From: Lama glama
Lineage: Eukaryota
Reading direction: 5' to 3'
DNA: 64,000 nucleotides
Assembly (NCBI GenBank): GCA_028534125.1
Contig: CM052816.1
Span: forward strand, 57,290,001-57,354,000
How positions within the stretch are numbered: the first letter of the stretch is position 1; each line of letters opens with the position of its first letter. Shown piece after piece: positions 1-14,029 of the stretch. The notes beneath the pieces are model-generated. The model was not told the origin of the DNA. It worked only from the letters and a program-made list of their open reading frames with translations, and searched no databases. The position numbers were made by a program, and so were the translations under genes.

Positions 1-3000
1 TAAAGTATCAGCAATAATTTAAAAAAATCAAATAAGCCTAACAGTGAAAAAAAACTGACACTAGCCTATTATCATGATCATAATTTACTGAAAACCCTTT
101 ATATATGGTACCACAGAAGTGGAGACACAGAGATCTAACATGTACTTTCTGCTTTCAAGGAGCTTACAATATGTATAGTTGAAAGAAAACAAACACGGTA
201 AGAGGCAGTTGCTGAATCCTTGGTTGTGTTTGCGGGAAGGACAGAAGGACGAACTCAGTAAAATACTACCTGGACGGAAGCTTGGGACTCTGTCTTATTT
301 ACCACTGTGAACTAGCAAATAACAGATTTTCCATAAATATTTCCTTAATAAATAAGTGAATTAATTACATACTAAGTGGTGATGCTAGATAATCCAGATC
401 TCTCTAACTGTATAGCAGATCAAGGAATTTGAACTGTAGTTTGCAGGCAATGGGAAGAGTTTTTAAGTGAGGAAGTCACACATACACACCCATGCCGAGT
501 AGTCTCACAGAAAAATTAATTCAGTACTGTTATCAACTGTAGAGGAAGACAATGATAAAATGGAAATGAGTTGGAAAACAATTAAAATAGCCCTGAAATG
601 ACAGTTCTGCTGAGACTAGCCTTAAATGCCATAAAATATATATTCCATATGTGTAAAATATCAAAGTATTTAGTAAAGAAAGTAGCAAAAGCATGAATTA
701 CTCTTCTACTGAAATATACCCAAAGCTAAATATTAGACTAAAAATTTATGTTCCACTAAACTGTCATTTTTGCCTTGTTTTGTAATGTATAAATTCACGC
801 AAGTTCAGCATTTTTGTGAAATAATTTTTAATTTATTTAGGGTAACTGGTACAGCCTGCTACATCAAGAAATTTTAAAATAGAGCTCAGAGTAAACAGTG
901 GATAATAGAGGATTTCATTACTGGTTCTTCTAAGCTGTTAAGCTTAACCATAACTATGTGCAAATTCATGATCAGAGTTCTCACTGATCATTCCATTATG
1001 AAAGAAAACCACGAATATATAAGAAAGATTTCTCTACAAGTAGGAACATCAAAAAATACTGGCTAATAAAATGTATTTCTTCTTGCCCCTAAATCGAAGA
1101 TTTACTTCTTCAGTTCCAGTTTCTATTCAAATAGAGTAGATTAACATTTAGTGATAAGCAGAATAAGTCATAAAAGTGAGTTGATAAACAAGGTCCTAAT
1201 AAATTAATTAGCAATACCTTCCTTACTGGGGCAATCTTACAACACATATCAGAAGACTTGAAAAAAAAAAAATACACTCACTATTTCCATCCAAAAAATT
1301 CTTACGGAGTCAGAAAATTGCCCAATTAACATTTTAAGGACTTCCTCTCTGTAAATCTGGAAGCTAAGAATGTATTAAATGACAGGGTGATGAGCTGCTT
1401 CTCAGAATTCTTTTAACAGCCTACATTAACAGTTTAGAAAGAGATGAGAACTGAAAGATCAGTAAAGGTAAAGAATTTTAGTAGTACATGCATCTGATAA
1501 ACAGCAAATTTTTGCTTGCTGTAAAAATTAAGAAGAATGAAAATCTCTACCTAAATTACTAACAGCTTATTAAGTATTATTAGTTTTATTACATACAAAA
1601 AAAGCTTAAGAGAATATAACCACTTGTCAAAAAAAAAAAAAGACAACTAGAAATGTGGTTAATCCAAAATGTTCCTACAGTTACACAGCACATCATTTGT
1701 ACCCAGTAACTACAGAATTTCTAATATTCAGCTTATAGGCATATTCCAGAGAATAAAACACCAATGCCAAAAAAATGTATTACTTACAAATATTTTCAAT
1801 GTAGTATCTAGAAAGACTTTTACAAATCACCTTAGCAAATACAGTATATACTCTTTTAAGATCTTTGGATGCCTTCATGTATGTGAAAATTGTAAAGGCA
1901 TCCCTTCACTCTATAAACATCAATCCCTTCACACAAAATTCTACATTTTCTTCTCACAAAACACTTTTCCAATACCAGACGTATCTTGATTGCTTCTCTT
2001 TATCTTTTTTAAAATCCCCTTAAAACCCATTTGAAATAGAAAAATATCCAGTAAAAGTAGCTATTCAAAATGACATTTCTGAAATATTAGATGCCAAATC
2101 TTCTCAAATTGTAAAATACATATTAAAAAATTTTAACTCTGTTCCATCTGCATATAAGCTTTTCTGTTAAAAATAGAAATAATAAGTTTCTGGAATAATA
2201 AAACTATATATACTCTTTAAAAAAAAATTCAGTCATGCATGAGAAAGATTTTCTTTTTCAAATGGCATACACTCCGCATGCTGCTTCACATGGCAAAGCT
2301 TTGCGTGCCTGGCTCAGTGCCAGTTGACAGCTCAGCTGGATATCAGTGCACATTCTGACCCCCCTTGCAGCATGTCACTTCTGAACTGTTTCACAAGTAG
2401 AAAGTTTATTCAGCATCTCCCTCAAATGCAGTCCACTGTCCATCATTCTGCTATTTAATCGTAAGACAAGTTACTTTTTCTGACAGTACCAAAGCCAGAG
2501 TGAGAGTCAGAAAGAATAGTTTGCTACAACTGGAATTTTAACTGTTTTAGGCTCAATTAATTCTGTTGTCAAAATAAATAACTATTCTTAGTGCTCAGAT
2601 TTTATGCTGGGCCACAAGGGCAATTTAGTTTATATAAAAGCAAGTAAGACCATTTTGGCTCTGTCTCCTGATGCTCTTTTACACATTATCTAAAAATCCC
2701 ATCACGAGTTCAATTAAAAGCAGAAGAAATTAAAGGCAGACTTCCAAGAGGTCAACAATCTAAAGCAAAACAATTCTTACAGATGATGCTTTAATCATAA
2801 GGGCAGGAATAAATTATTGCTAGCAAAAGAAAAAGTCCAATAACCTAAACAATTTATCCAAATCTAATTTGGATCAAATTTTTAAAGAAATGTTATAAGA
2901 GGAAAGAATTTATTTAACAATAATCTTTAATCACTATATTTTGTGGAAAGAGGCAGTGTATAAAAAAATGTGAAATATCTAATTAATAGTTTCCATTGTT

Positions 3001-3221
3001 TGGGAATCAATTCTAAATCTTAGGCCACCAACAGGGCAAATCTGCAACTCTGCCTAGTTATAAACTGGCCTCAAAACTCAAATAAGAAGTCTCTGAGTTT
3101 CCCAAATCAAGCATATTTTTGCATATGCCCAACTGAAACCACAGAACACTGGTTCTAATTAGAAGCCAAAGTTAAACATACAAACATGTCCAGACCCCAA
3201 AGTTTAACAAAAAGTGATAAT

Positions 3222-3315
3222 AGGAGAGAGGAGAGGCAGAAGGAGGGAGGGAGGGAGAAAAAGAGAAAAGAGCAAGAGGGAGGGAGGAAGAAAGGGAAAG
3301 AGGGTGGGGGGAAGG
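3222..3315. repeat. GA-rich low-complexity tract
   Basis: Purine run of gga/gaga/aggg units. Confidence 0.8.
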
Positions 3316-3756
3316 TGACTCATAACAATGGGAGTCAATGACATTTTTAAGCTTGCTCCTGGGCCTATGAAATGCAACAGAGCCACATTCCTAGGTGCCT
3401 GGGATGAGGAACCAGGCAAGACAACTCGAAAAAGAGCATCAAACTCCAGCTTATGATGATGTGTAAAGGGTACAGAGGCACAAATTCTGGTTTTGCCATT
3501 TGCTTGTTGCAGATTACCTTGGACTAGCTATTTACTTTTTTTGAACCTAAGTTTTATCATTTTTACAAATGATGTGGGGGATGAGAACAATAATACCTTT
3601 TGCTATATTCACTTTCTCTTACTCTCGCTATACAAACCAGTATTCACAATTTTTTTCTTTTTCACTTGCTAAATTATTTGAAAATAAGTTGCAATAGCAA
3701 TGCTACTTCACTTCAGGATTAGTTATTTTAATAAAGGGCTTGTAGAAACAATTCCC

Positions 3757-4360
3757 TCAGTCTAGCGGTTCCAAATCTCAACTCCCAGTTGAATCTCCTA
3801 GTGCAATGTGCTTCATGTATCAGAATCACCTGGAGGGCTTGTTAAACGGCAAATTACTGGACCCCACCCACAGAGTGTCCTATACAGAAGGTCTGGGTTG
3901 GTGCTCAAGAATCTTTAAACAAATTCCCAGGTGATGTAGATGGGCCTAGAATCAGTTTGAGAACTACAGTCCTAGGGACCTCTGGGTCCATTGCCAGATA
4001 GTCTGTAAGTCTAGACAGTGCTTCTCCAATTTTACTGCACATACAATCTGCCTGGAGATCTTATTAAAACGCAGCTTCTGATTCAGGAGGTCTGGGGTAA
4101 GGTTTGAGAAGCTGCATTTATAACAAGCATCCAGTGATGTAATGCTACAAGTTCTCAACAATGGCTGCACATCAGACTCAGACAAGTTTTAAAATACAGT
4201 GGTACGAAGGACCCACCCCACACCAATGACATCATAATTTCTCAAATAGTGCATTGTACATCTGTACATCTTTTTTTTAAGAGAGAGAAATAACAAGGAA
4301 AGGGGAAAAAAATTCCACAATTGATTCTCATATGTATCCAAGGCTTAAGAACCATTGATG
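3757..4360. mobile_element. Cluster of about 3 MER5-like (hAT-Charlie) MITEs
   Basis: Motifs tcagaatcacctggagggcttgttaaa, tctgattcag-aggtctgggg, ttcccaggtgat...tttgagaac and ttaagaaccattg repeat in tandem. Confidence 0.75.
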
Positions 4361-4559
4361 AGGCAAATTTAGCGACCAAGGTCTTAAATCAAAGGAGTAA
4401 GTTTTTAACCATGGAATTTCAGTCACTGTAAAATCTTCTAAATCTCCAAACACAGATTCTTGGCACTGAAATATAATCTCCTCCTACATCCAAAATCTGA
4501 CACTGCCTCCACATCCCCAGACTGAGTCATAATCTCACTCTCTGTGATCCTGATAAAAC

Positions 4560-5050
4560 CTTCAGGAATTATACTCTGCTCACTATAATCTCTTGGCTTC
4601 TGTTACAGAAGCCACATGACTTAGTCAGAACTGACTAGACTAGAAAGCAGATTACCACAAACCAAGATTACCTAGACCAGATTCTTTGTAGTCTAGGAAA
4701 AAAACAAAAACCTGGGTTAATTCTGAGCCTTGCAATTAAGGAACAAGTAAAAATATGCAGAAATTACTAGGAGCACCTTATATTGTGCCTGGAGAAACAA
4801 AGAAAACCATTCTGCAAAAAACAAAAAATAAAAAAATTTAAGCAGTAGAAATACAGAGACTGAATAAAGAAAAAGATGATACCTAGTGTGGTTACTGGTT
4901 TGAATTTTCTCCTGTGGCCTGGCTATATTCCTGATTTTGGATCCTTGGGATACCTCAGTTTCTTTCCAATAAATTTCCTTTTAAGTTCAAATTGGTTTGA
5001 GATAACTTCTTTTACACACTGCAAAAAAAGAACTGAAAACCTGACTTATG
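4560..5050 (+). mobile_element. Decayed MLT1-like (ERVL-MaLR) LTR
   Basis: 3' end ccaataaatttccttttaagttcaaattggtttgag...cacactgcaaaaaaagaactgaaaacctgact resembles the MLT1 terminus. Confidence 0.5.
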
Positions 5051-5058
5051 GACATGTA

Positions 5059-5245
5059 TTATTTCTATTTTGAATAGAAAAGCTTGTATGCGGATGGAAC
5101 ACAGTTAAAATTTTTTAATAAATGACATTTCTGAAATACAAGATGCCAAATCTTTTCAAATTGTAAAATATATATTAAATACAGAAATATATATTAAAAA
5201 TAGAAATAACAGTTTCTGGAATAATAAAACTACATATACTCTTTA
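5059..5245. repeat. Rearranged local duplication of 2068-2223, flanked by a 23-bp direct repeat
   Basis: aaaacctgacttatggacatgta at 5036-5058 and 5246-5268; the interior aligns by eye to 2068-2223 in three pieces. Confidence 0.9.
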
Positions 5246-5526
5246 AAAACCTGACTTATGGACATGTAAAAACTATAATTAGCTTATTTTACTTTTTTAC
5301 TTCTACTCTGTTGTTAATGTTTATACACTGAACATTTTAAATGCCTACTTCAAATTAGTGAACTAAGCTTTCCTTAAAACCTACTTCAAAACAGTTTAAT
5401 TAGGGTTCTTATTATGATAACCAGTTACTGTGCTGTAATGTGACTACAGATGTAGCTGGTGCAGGATGTCAGTTTAAACGATTTCTGAATCCTAGAACAG
5501 CAGAATCAACTTTTGAAAAAAGATTA

Positions 5527-6081
5527 TGTTGCAGGAAATGGGGCACAAGAGGATGGATTCCCAGATCACAGGAGAGTCCCTGGGAAGTGCCTCAACAAGT
5601 GAGAGTTCTTGGCTTTTTGCAGGAAAGAATTCAAGAGCAAGCCATAGTAGAGTGAAAGCAAGTTTATAGACAGAGTGCAGGCTGTCTCAGAAGGCAAGAG
5701 AGAGCACCCATGAGTGCAGGATTGTTAGTTTTTATGGGTTTGGTAACTTCATATGCTAACAAGTTGGAGGATTTTTCCAACTACTTTGGGGAAGGAGCAA
5801 AGATTCTCAGGGATTGGGCCACTGCCCACTTTTTGGCCTTTTACGGCCAGCCTTGGAACTGTCACAGAACCTGTGAGAGTGCCATTTAGCATGATAATAT
5901 ATTACAGTGAGTGTATAATGAAGCTCAAGGTCTGCTGGAAGTCAAATATCCCACCATCTTGGACCTCAAGGTCTACTGAGATTTGAATCTTCCACCGTCT
6001 TAGTTCTACCCAGTTTATGTCCTGTACTTAATTGCTGTGTTCCTTTAATGGCTGTGCTCTGTTCCCTTCCCTCCTGTCTCA
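5527..6081 (-). mobile_element. Solo ERV1 (MER4-group-like) LTR
   Basis: TG...CA termini (tgttgcagg...cctgtctca), near-identical 4-bp flanks atta/ttta, and the motif aggaaagaattcaagagcaagcc...gcaagtttat. Confidence 0.7.
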
Positions 6082-6165
6082 TTTAGGTATTGTTATGAGC
6101 TACCCAATTCTAAAGTATTATGACAAAGCTGCTTCTATACTACACAAGAAGTACATTCTCTAACA

Positions 6166-6472
6166 AAAGGGTAGGCAAAGGTTTTCTGAAAAGTCAGGTA
6201 ATAAATATTTTAGACACTGTGGGCCAGAAGAGCTGTCACAGCTAGTGACCTCTGCTGTTGTAGTAGCATGAAATCAGTCATAGACAATACAGAAAGAAGT
6301 GTGATTGTGTTCAAAAAATCTTTCATGGACACTGATATCTTAATTTTATAATTTTATGTATCACAAAATATTGCTTTTTTCCCCCAATCATTCTTTGCTT
6401 GTAGGCCTCACAAAAGAGGGGGGGAGGGGCTGAATCTGGCTTAATGGCCATAGTTTGCAAACTCCTGCTCTA
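6166..6472. mobile_element. MER58-like hAT-Charlie MITE
   Basis: gggtaggcaaag...taataaatattttag...gtgggcca...ctctgctgttgtag...ggccatagtttgcaaactcctgctcta. Confidence 0.75.
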
Positions 6473-6807
6473 AAAGATATACAAGATAATCATTATCAGG
6501 AGGCATACGCATCCCACAGGGCGGAGTTCATGTCTCTGTCCGAGGTGGCTTGGACACAACAGATGGGAGTGTACTCCTTCATAAAGTGGAGCTTTTCTAT
6601 GTTACTGTCTTTGGGAGTTCTCCTCTTTACTCAGCTATTTGTGCTGATCTACATTATCCTCTTCACTAATCATCATACATTCTTTTCTCTTTCTCTGGTC
6701 ATTCCCACTTGGCTATTGAATAGAAAACCCAAAAACTCAGCAAATCTGGTGTGGTTTGTGGGTCTTTGGTCTTTTTAGCTATTTTAAATTTTGCTTTCTG
6801 CTTCTCT

Positions 6808-8305
<1,498 letters not shown>

Positions 8306-8336
8306 TCTGTTTCTCTGACTTAAAACAAAAAATTTG

Positions 8337-10205
8337 GGAGTTTCAGTCAAGATGGCGGAGTGGTAGGACTACGAGCTTCCCTCTCTTTGTGACTACAACG
8401 AAACCACAACTGAATGCTAAATAAACAACCACTGAAAAAGTCTGGAACCTAGCAAAAAAGATCTTCTGCAACTGAAAACATAAAGAGGGAGCCACAGCAA
8501 TACAGTAGGAGGGACGTGCTTGTGATGTAATTTAGACCCCCTACCCCCAAGGTGGGCAACCCACAAACTGTAAGATCTGTTAAGCCACAGAGGCCCTCCC
8601 ACAGGAGTGAGTGCTCTAAGACCCATGTAGGCTCCTCAGCTTGAGTCTCGGCATTGGGAAGAGAGGGAGACCACAGGACATCTGGTTTTGAAGTCCAGGG
8701 GAGCTTGGCTCTGGGAGTCTCACGGGACTGGGGGAAAGACTCCATTCGCTTGAGACGCGTACATGGAAATTCACGTGCACCAGGTCCAAGGACAGAGGAA
8801 GAGATTTCATAGGAACCTGGGCCAGACTTGCCTGCTGGATTTGGAGGGTCTCCAGGGGACGTAGGGAATGGCTATAGCTCACTCAGGGGACTTACAAGCT
8901 GGTGGTGGACATTCCGGGAGTGTTAATCTCCATGAGTTTTCCTGGAGACTGACATCTTGATAGGATCATTAACACCAAGACCTAGCCCCTCCCAACAGCC
9001 TCAGGCCAAACAACATACAGGGTGGGAACACAGCCATCCCATCAGCAGACTTGCTAAGCCACAAAGGCCTCTAGACACAGCCCTACCCACCAGAGATCCA
9101 GGACCAAGCTTCACCCAGCACCTCCTGCCAGGAAACCTGAATAAGCATCTAGTCCAGCTTTATCCACCAGGAGCAGATACTAAACATAAGAAACAATAAT
9201 CCCAAAGCCTGTGGAGGGAATCTACAAACACATAGAAAAATAGACGATATGAGGTGGCAAAAGAATATCTCCCAGGCCAAGGCACAGGATAAAATCCCAG
9301 AAAAAGAAATAAGTGATGAGAAGATAGGTAATTTATCTGAGAAAGAGTTTAAAGTAATGATAGCCAAGATGTTCAGAGAACTCAAGAGGAGTATAGATGT
9401 ACAGAGTGAAGTTTTTAGCAAAGAGCTGGAAAATATAAAGAGTACCCAAACAGAGCTGAAGAATAAAATCACTGAAATGAACACTACACTAGAAGGAACC
9501 AAGAATAGACTGACTGAGGCAGAAGAACGGATCACTGAGCTAGAAGACAGATTAGTGGAAATCACTACTTCAGAACAGAAAATAGAAAAAAGAATAAAAA
9601 GGAATAAGGATAGTTTAAGAGAACTCTGGGACAACATGAAGCGCTCTAATATTCGCATTATACTAGTCCCAGAAAGAGAAGAGAGAGAGAAAGGATCTGA
9701 GAAAATTTTTGAAGAGATAATAACCGAAAACTTCCCCAACCTGGGAAAGGAAACAGTCACATAAGTCCTGGAAGTGCAGAGAGTACCACATAGAATCAGC
9801 CCAAAGAGGAACACACCAAGGCACATACTCATCAAATTGACAACAATTAAGAATAAGGAGAAAATACTAAAACTAGCAAGAGAACAGCAACAAATAACAC
9901 ACAAGGGAACTCCCATAAGGTTATCAGCTGATTTTTCAGCAGAAACTCTACAGGCCAGAAGGGAGTGGCACAATATATTTAAAGTGATGCAAGGGGAAAA
10001 CTTACAACGAAGAATACTCTATCTAGCAAGGCTCTTATTCAGACTTGATGGAGATATCAAAAGCTTCACAGATAAACAAAAGCTAAAAGATTTGAGCACC
10101 ACCAAACCAGCTTTACAACAAATGTTAAAGGACCTTCTCTAGTCATCAAACCATAAGAAAAAAGAAGAAAGAGAAAAAGAAAAAAAAAGAGAGAGAGAGA
10201 CCTAC
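8337..10205 (+). mobile_element. L1 5' UTR plus ORF1, 3'-truncated
   Basis: 5' end gggagtttcagtcaagatggcgg; ORF1 peptide with coiled coil, NIRIILVPE, ENFPNL, TPRHILIKL, IRLSADFSAETLQARREW. Confidence 0.92.
9249..10142 (+). pseudogene. L1 ORF1p reading frame with a single in-frame stop (9762-9764)
   Basis: ORFs 9249..9764 and 9774..10142 are in the same frame, split by one TAA. Confidence 0.85.
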
Positions 10206-10207
10206 AA

Positions 10208-10735
10208 AAGATTGCTTTGGCTGTTTGAAGTCTTTTGTGGTTCCTTATAAATTTTGGAATTGTTTGTTCTAGTTCTGTGAGGAATGTCGTGAGCATTTTG
10301 ATGGGGGTTGCATTGGATCTGTGGATTGCTTTGGGTAGTGTGGCCATTTTGATAGTGTTGATTCTTCCAATCCAAGAACACAAGAAATCTTTCCATTTCT
10401 TTGTGTCATTTTCATTTTCAGAGTAAAGGTACCCTCCTTGGTTAAGTTTATTTCTAGGTATTTTGTTGTTTTTGATGTAATGGAAATGTCTCTGCCAGTT
10501 GTAAAAATTCTGATTTTTGAAGTGGAAAAAAAAAGAGAATGAAGGGCCACAATTGGCAAAATACCCTTTTTTTTCAATGGGTAAGTTGTATTCTACTACA
10601 TATACATATACATATACATACTGCATCTTCATTATCTATTCAACTATTGACATGCACTTAGGATACTTCCATATCTTGGCAATTGTAAATAATGTTGCTG
10701 TAAATAGCAGGGTGTACGTATCTCTTTGAGTTAAT
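10208..10735 (-). mobile_element. Minus-strand L1 ORF2 and 3' fragments
   Basis: [43 protein letters not shown]...ELEQTIPKF; further 3' piece at 10565-10735. Confidence 0.8.
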
Positions 10736-10884
10736 TCTTATTTTGTGGTTGGCTTGATTCCTTTGATAACTATGTTAAGTTTAAAAAGCTAAAGCTCTAA
10801 ACGTTCTTAGAAACAATGAACAGTACATATATGTAAACTTAAAAATACCTGTGCAGTAAAAAAAAAAAGATCAAGCCATGAAAG

Positions 10885-11375
10885 AAACTTAAAAGACATA
10901 TTACTAAATGAAAGAAGCCAGTCTAAAAAGGCTAAAAACTGTACGATTCCAGCCAAATCACATTCTGAAAAAGGCACAGCTATGAAAACAATAAAAAGAT
11001 CGGGGTTTGGGGAGAAGGAGGGAAGGGCGGGATGAACAGACAGAGCACAAGGGATTTTTAGGACTATAAAATTATTCTGTATGATACTATAGTAGTGGCT
11101 ACATGTCATTATGCATTTGTCAAAACCCATAGAATGTACAACATCAAGAGTGAATCCTAATGTAAATTATGGACTTTGGTTGATAATAATGTGCCCATTT
11201 TGGTTCATCGATTGTACCAAATACGCCACACTGATGAGGAATGTTGAGGGTAGGGGAGTATATATATGTGTGTGGGTGGGGAGGGCTATGTGCAAACTCT
11301 GTATTGTATGCTCAATTCTGTTGTGAACCTGAAAGTGCTCTAAAAGAATAGTCTGTTAAGAAAAAAAAGAAAAAG
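10885..11375 (+). mobile_element. L1MC-like 3' end
   Basis: aaatgaaagaagccagtctaaaaaggct...tgtcaaaacccatagaatgtacaac...gtgaatcctaatgtaaattatggactttgg. Confidence 0.8.
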
Positions 11376-11630
11376 AGTTCAATTAGAGATTTGCAGATAC
11401 TAACTAATATATATAAAACAGATAACGAGTTCGTATTTTATAGCACAGGGAACTATATTCGGTATCTTGTAATAGCTTATGGTAAAAAGAATATGAAAAT
11501 GAATATATGTATGCTCATGTATGACTGAAGCATTTGTGCTATACACCAGAAACTGACATACTGTAAACTGACTATATTTCTATAAAAAATAGAGACAGAA
11601 AAAAAGAAAAAATAATAATAAAACAAAAAA
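11376..11630 (+). mobile_element. Short, younger L1 3' UTR with A tail
   Basis: tatagcacagggaactatattc...tgctatacaccagaaactgaca followed by an A-rich tail. Confidence 0.8.
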
Positions 11631-12342
11631 TGTGTGGTGGGAGTGGTAGGAGGCTCTATTTATAGGTTTGGCATTATTTTAATTTTTTATTTTAATTTTT
11701 AACTATATGCTTTACCTTATACTTTAAAATAATATACCTAACGTAGAAGACAAAATAGTCCAAACACCTAAACTAATCAATTCATTTCACTTAGGTAGTC
11801 TGACCACAAGAATTTCACTTTTTCCTTTTTCTTTGTGACAGGTTATATTTTATGTTTACCTTTCTGGGTTTAAAGACTGGGGTTCTGTCTTTAAACACAG
11901 TATAGTCCCTGGAAATCTTCAAATGGAAGCTATAAACTGGCATTATCATATAATGAAAATATAGGTAAGCTTCGCAACAAAATCTTTTAAACATATTACA
12001 CACTAGCCTACCAATTTTTTTAAGTTATTTATCCTCTTATATGGAAACTTGCTTAACTTTTATGAATTATAAATAGCATACAATAATATTAGCAGAATAA
12101 CTGTAAAACTGAAAACTTAAAAAAATATGGATTTTAATCTTTTGTAATTAAATCATATGAGAATGGATGTGAAGGAATGCTAGGATAATGTCATTACACC
12201 ATAACAAGATATTCAAAATTAGCAAACACCTGTTTATTCATGACCATTTCAGACCACAGGTGCTTTGATATTCAAAGCATCCCCTTAAAGTGACTCAAAT
12301 TCCAGAAGAGCAAGGCAGTACTATACTTAAAATGTAATGACA

Positions 12343-13232
12343 AAAACAGTATAGAGGTTCCTCAAAAAAATTAAAAATAGAACTACCATATGACCTAGGA
12401 ATTCCACTTCTAGGTATTTATCTGAAGAAAATGAAATCCTTATCTTGAAGAAATATCTGCACTCCCATGTTCACTGCAGCATTACTTATTTACAATAGTA
12501 AAGGAAACAACCTAAGTGTCTACTGACAGATGAATGGATAAAGAAATGTGGTGTGTGTGTGCATGTGTGTGTGTATATATATATACATACAATGAAATAC
12601 TCAGCCTTAAAAAAGAAGGAAATCTTGCCATTTGTGACAACATGGATGGACCCTGAGGGCACTGTACTAAGTGAAATAAGACAGAGAAAGACAAATAGTG
12701 AATGATCCCACTTACATGTGGAATCTAAAAAAAAACTGGACTCATACACAAAGAGAACAGATGCCCACCCCCCACCCAACCACATGGGCAAAATGGGTAA
12801 AGGTAGTCAAAACATACAAACTTCCAGTTATAAGATAAAATATGTCCTCTAGATGTTAATGTACTGCATGGTAACTTTAGTTAACAATAATATATTATGT
12901 ATTTGAAAGTTGCTGAGAAAGTAGTCATCCCTCAGTATCTGAAGATGACTGGTTGTAGACTAAGACCTCTGCGGATACCAAAATCCGAAGATACTAGCCT
13001 CCCTTATAGGGCATAATGCAGTCAGTTCTTCGTGTCCATGGGTACAGAATCTTCAGACAGAGTGGGCCAACTGTAATTCTTAAAAGCTCTTATCACAAGA
13101 AAAAAAAGTACAGATGTCAACTAAACTCACTTTGGTAATCATTTCACAATACATATGTTTATCAAATCATTATGTAGCACACCTAAAAGCTAATACAATG
13201 TTCTAGGTCAATCATACCTCAATAAAAAAAAT
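12343..13232 (+). mobile_element. L1MA/MB-like 3' end, interrupted by a MER2-like MITE
   Basis: aaaatagaactaccatatgacc...gccatttgtgacaacatggatggacc...atcattatgtagcacacctaaaa...aataaaaaaa. Confidence 0.8.
12922..13074. mobile_element. MER2-like TcMar-Tigger MITE
   Basis: tagtcatccctcagtatc...gcggataccaaaatcc...gggccaactgta; TA flanks. Confidence 0.7.
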
Positions 13233-14029
13233 GACACTACATATAAGAAGTATAAAATAGTGCCTCAATGAATAGGGGAAAAAATGTAATGCTCTCAAAG
13301 TGTTTGATTTACATAGGAGAATTGGAGACATACAGTTAGAGGTTACATTTTTCAAAAGATAACTAAGTAAAAAACATTCACTTTTCATTGCAAGAGAAAT
13401 AGGTTAACTTTTAGTTATAAAAATTTTTTAAAGAACTGAGCCTCTTGTTTTCTTTTTAAAATGTGTACCTCATAGGACTAAAACCAGTTTACAAAGGAAC
13501 TCATCCACCAGAGGGAGCCCTTACAAAACAGGAGAAAAAATGTTAACAGCAAAATAGTATACACAAAGATTAGGATACATCTTAGAAAACAAAATCCTTC
13601 AAGTCCATGAATTCCATACAATCCCGCGTTATTTTCATGAGAAACACAGTTTTTATCATTGCAATCGGCTCCCTCTAGTGCCCATGAATGGAACAAATAT
13701 ATATGAAAGAATTGTAACTAGTCACCCATAGCAAGTCAACTAGAGAAGTAATATTCATCCTTTCCACTCCACCCCCACAACCACTGTACTCCTTCCCATC
13801 CCTCCCCAAGTTAGTTCTGGGACCACTTATTTTGAAAATCAGCCACCTATACACACAATGTCAACAATCACCCTGAAACAGTCACCTAATTCTGGGTTTA
13901 GTAATTCCAGGAAAAGCCCATGTCATCACCAATCTTGGCTTCCCTTTTACCATTTAGTTACAGAAATTTTCTGTCTGTCTTAGAGAATCTTGAGGCCAAT
14001 AAATTTAAATTTATAAATAAACAATATCT

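Noticed and set aside
1276..1370. Possible cryptic exon with a gtgagt donor
   Set aside because: Weak acceptor with competing AGs and no other support.
6490..6800. Possible processed pseudogene or hydrophobic 107-aa ORF (faint HMG-box-like KKTKDP on the minus strand)
   Set aside because: No convincing homology in any frame; a BLASTX/Dfam search is needed to decide.
9149..9973. 274-aa minus-strand ORF, the longest in the window
   Set aside because: Antisense shadow of L1 ORF1; no independent coding signal.
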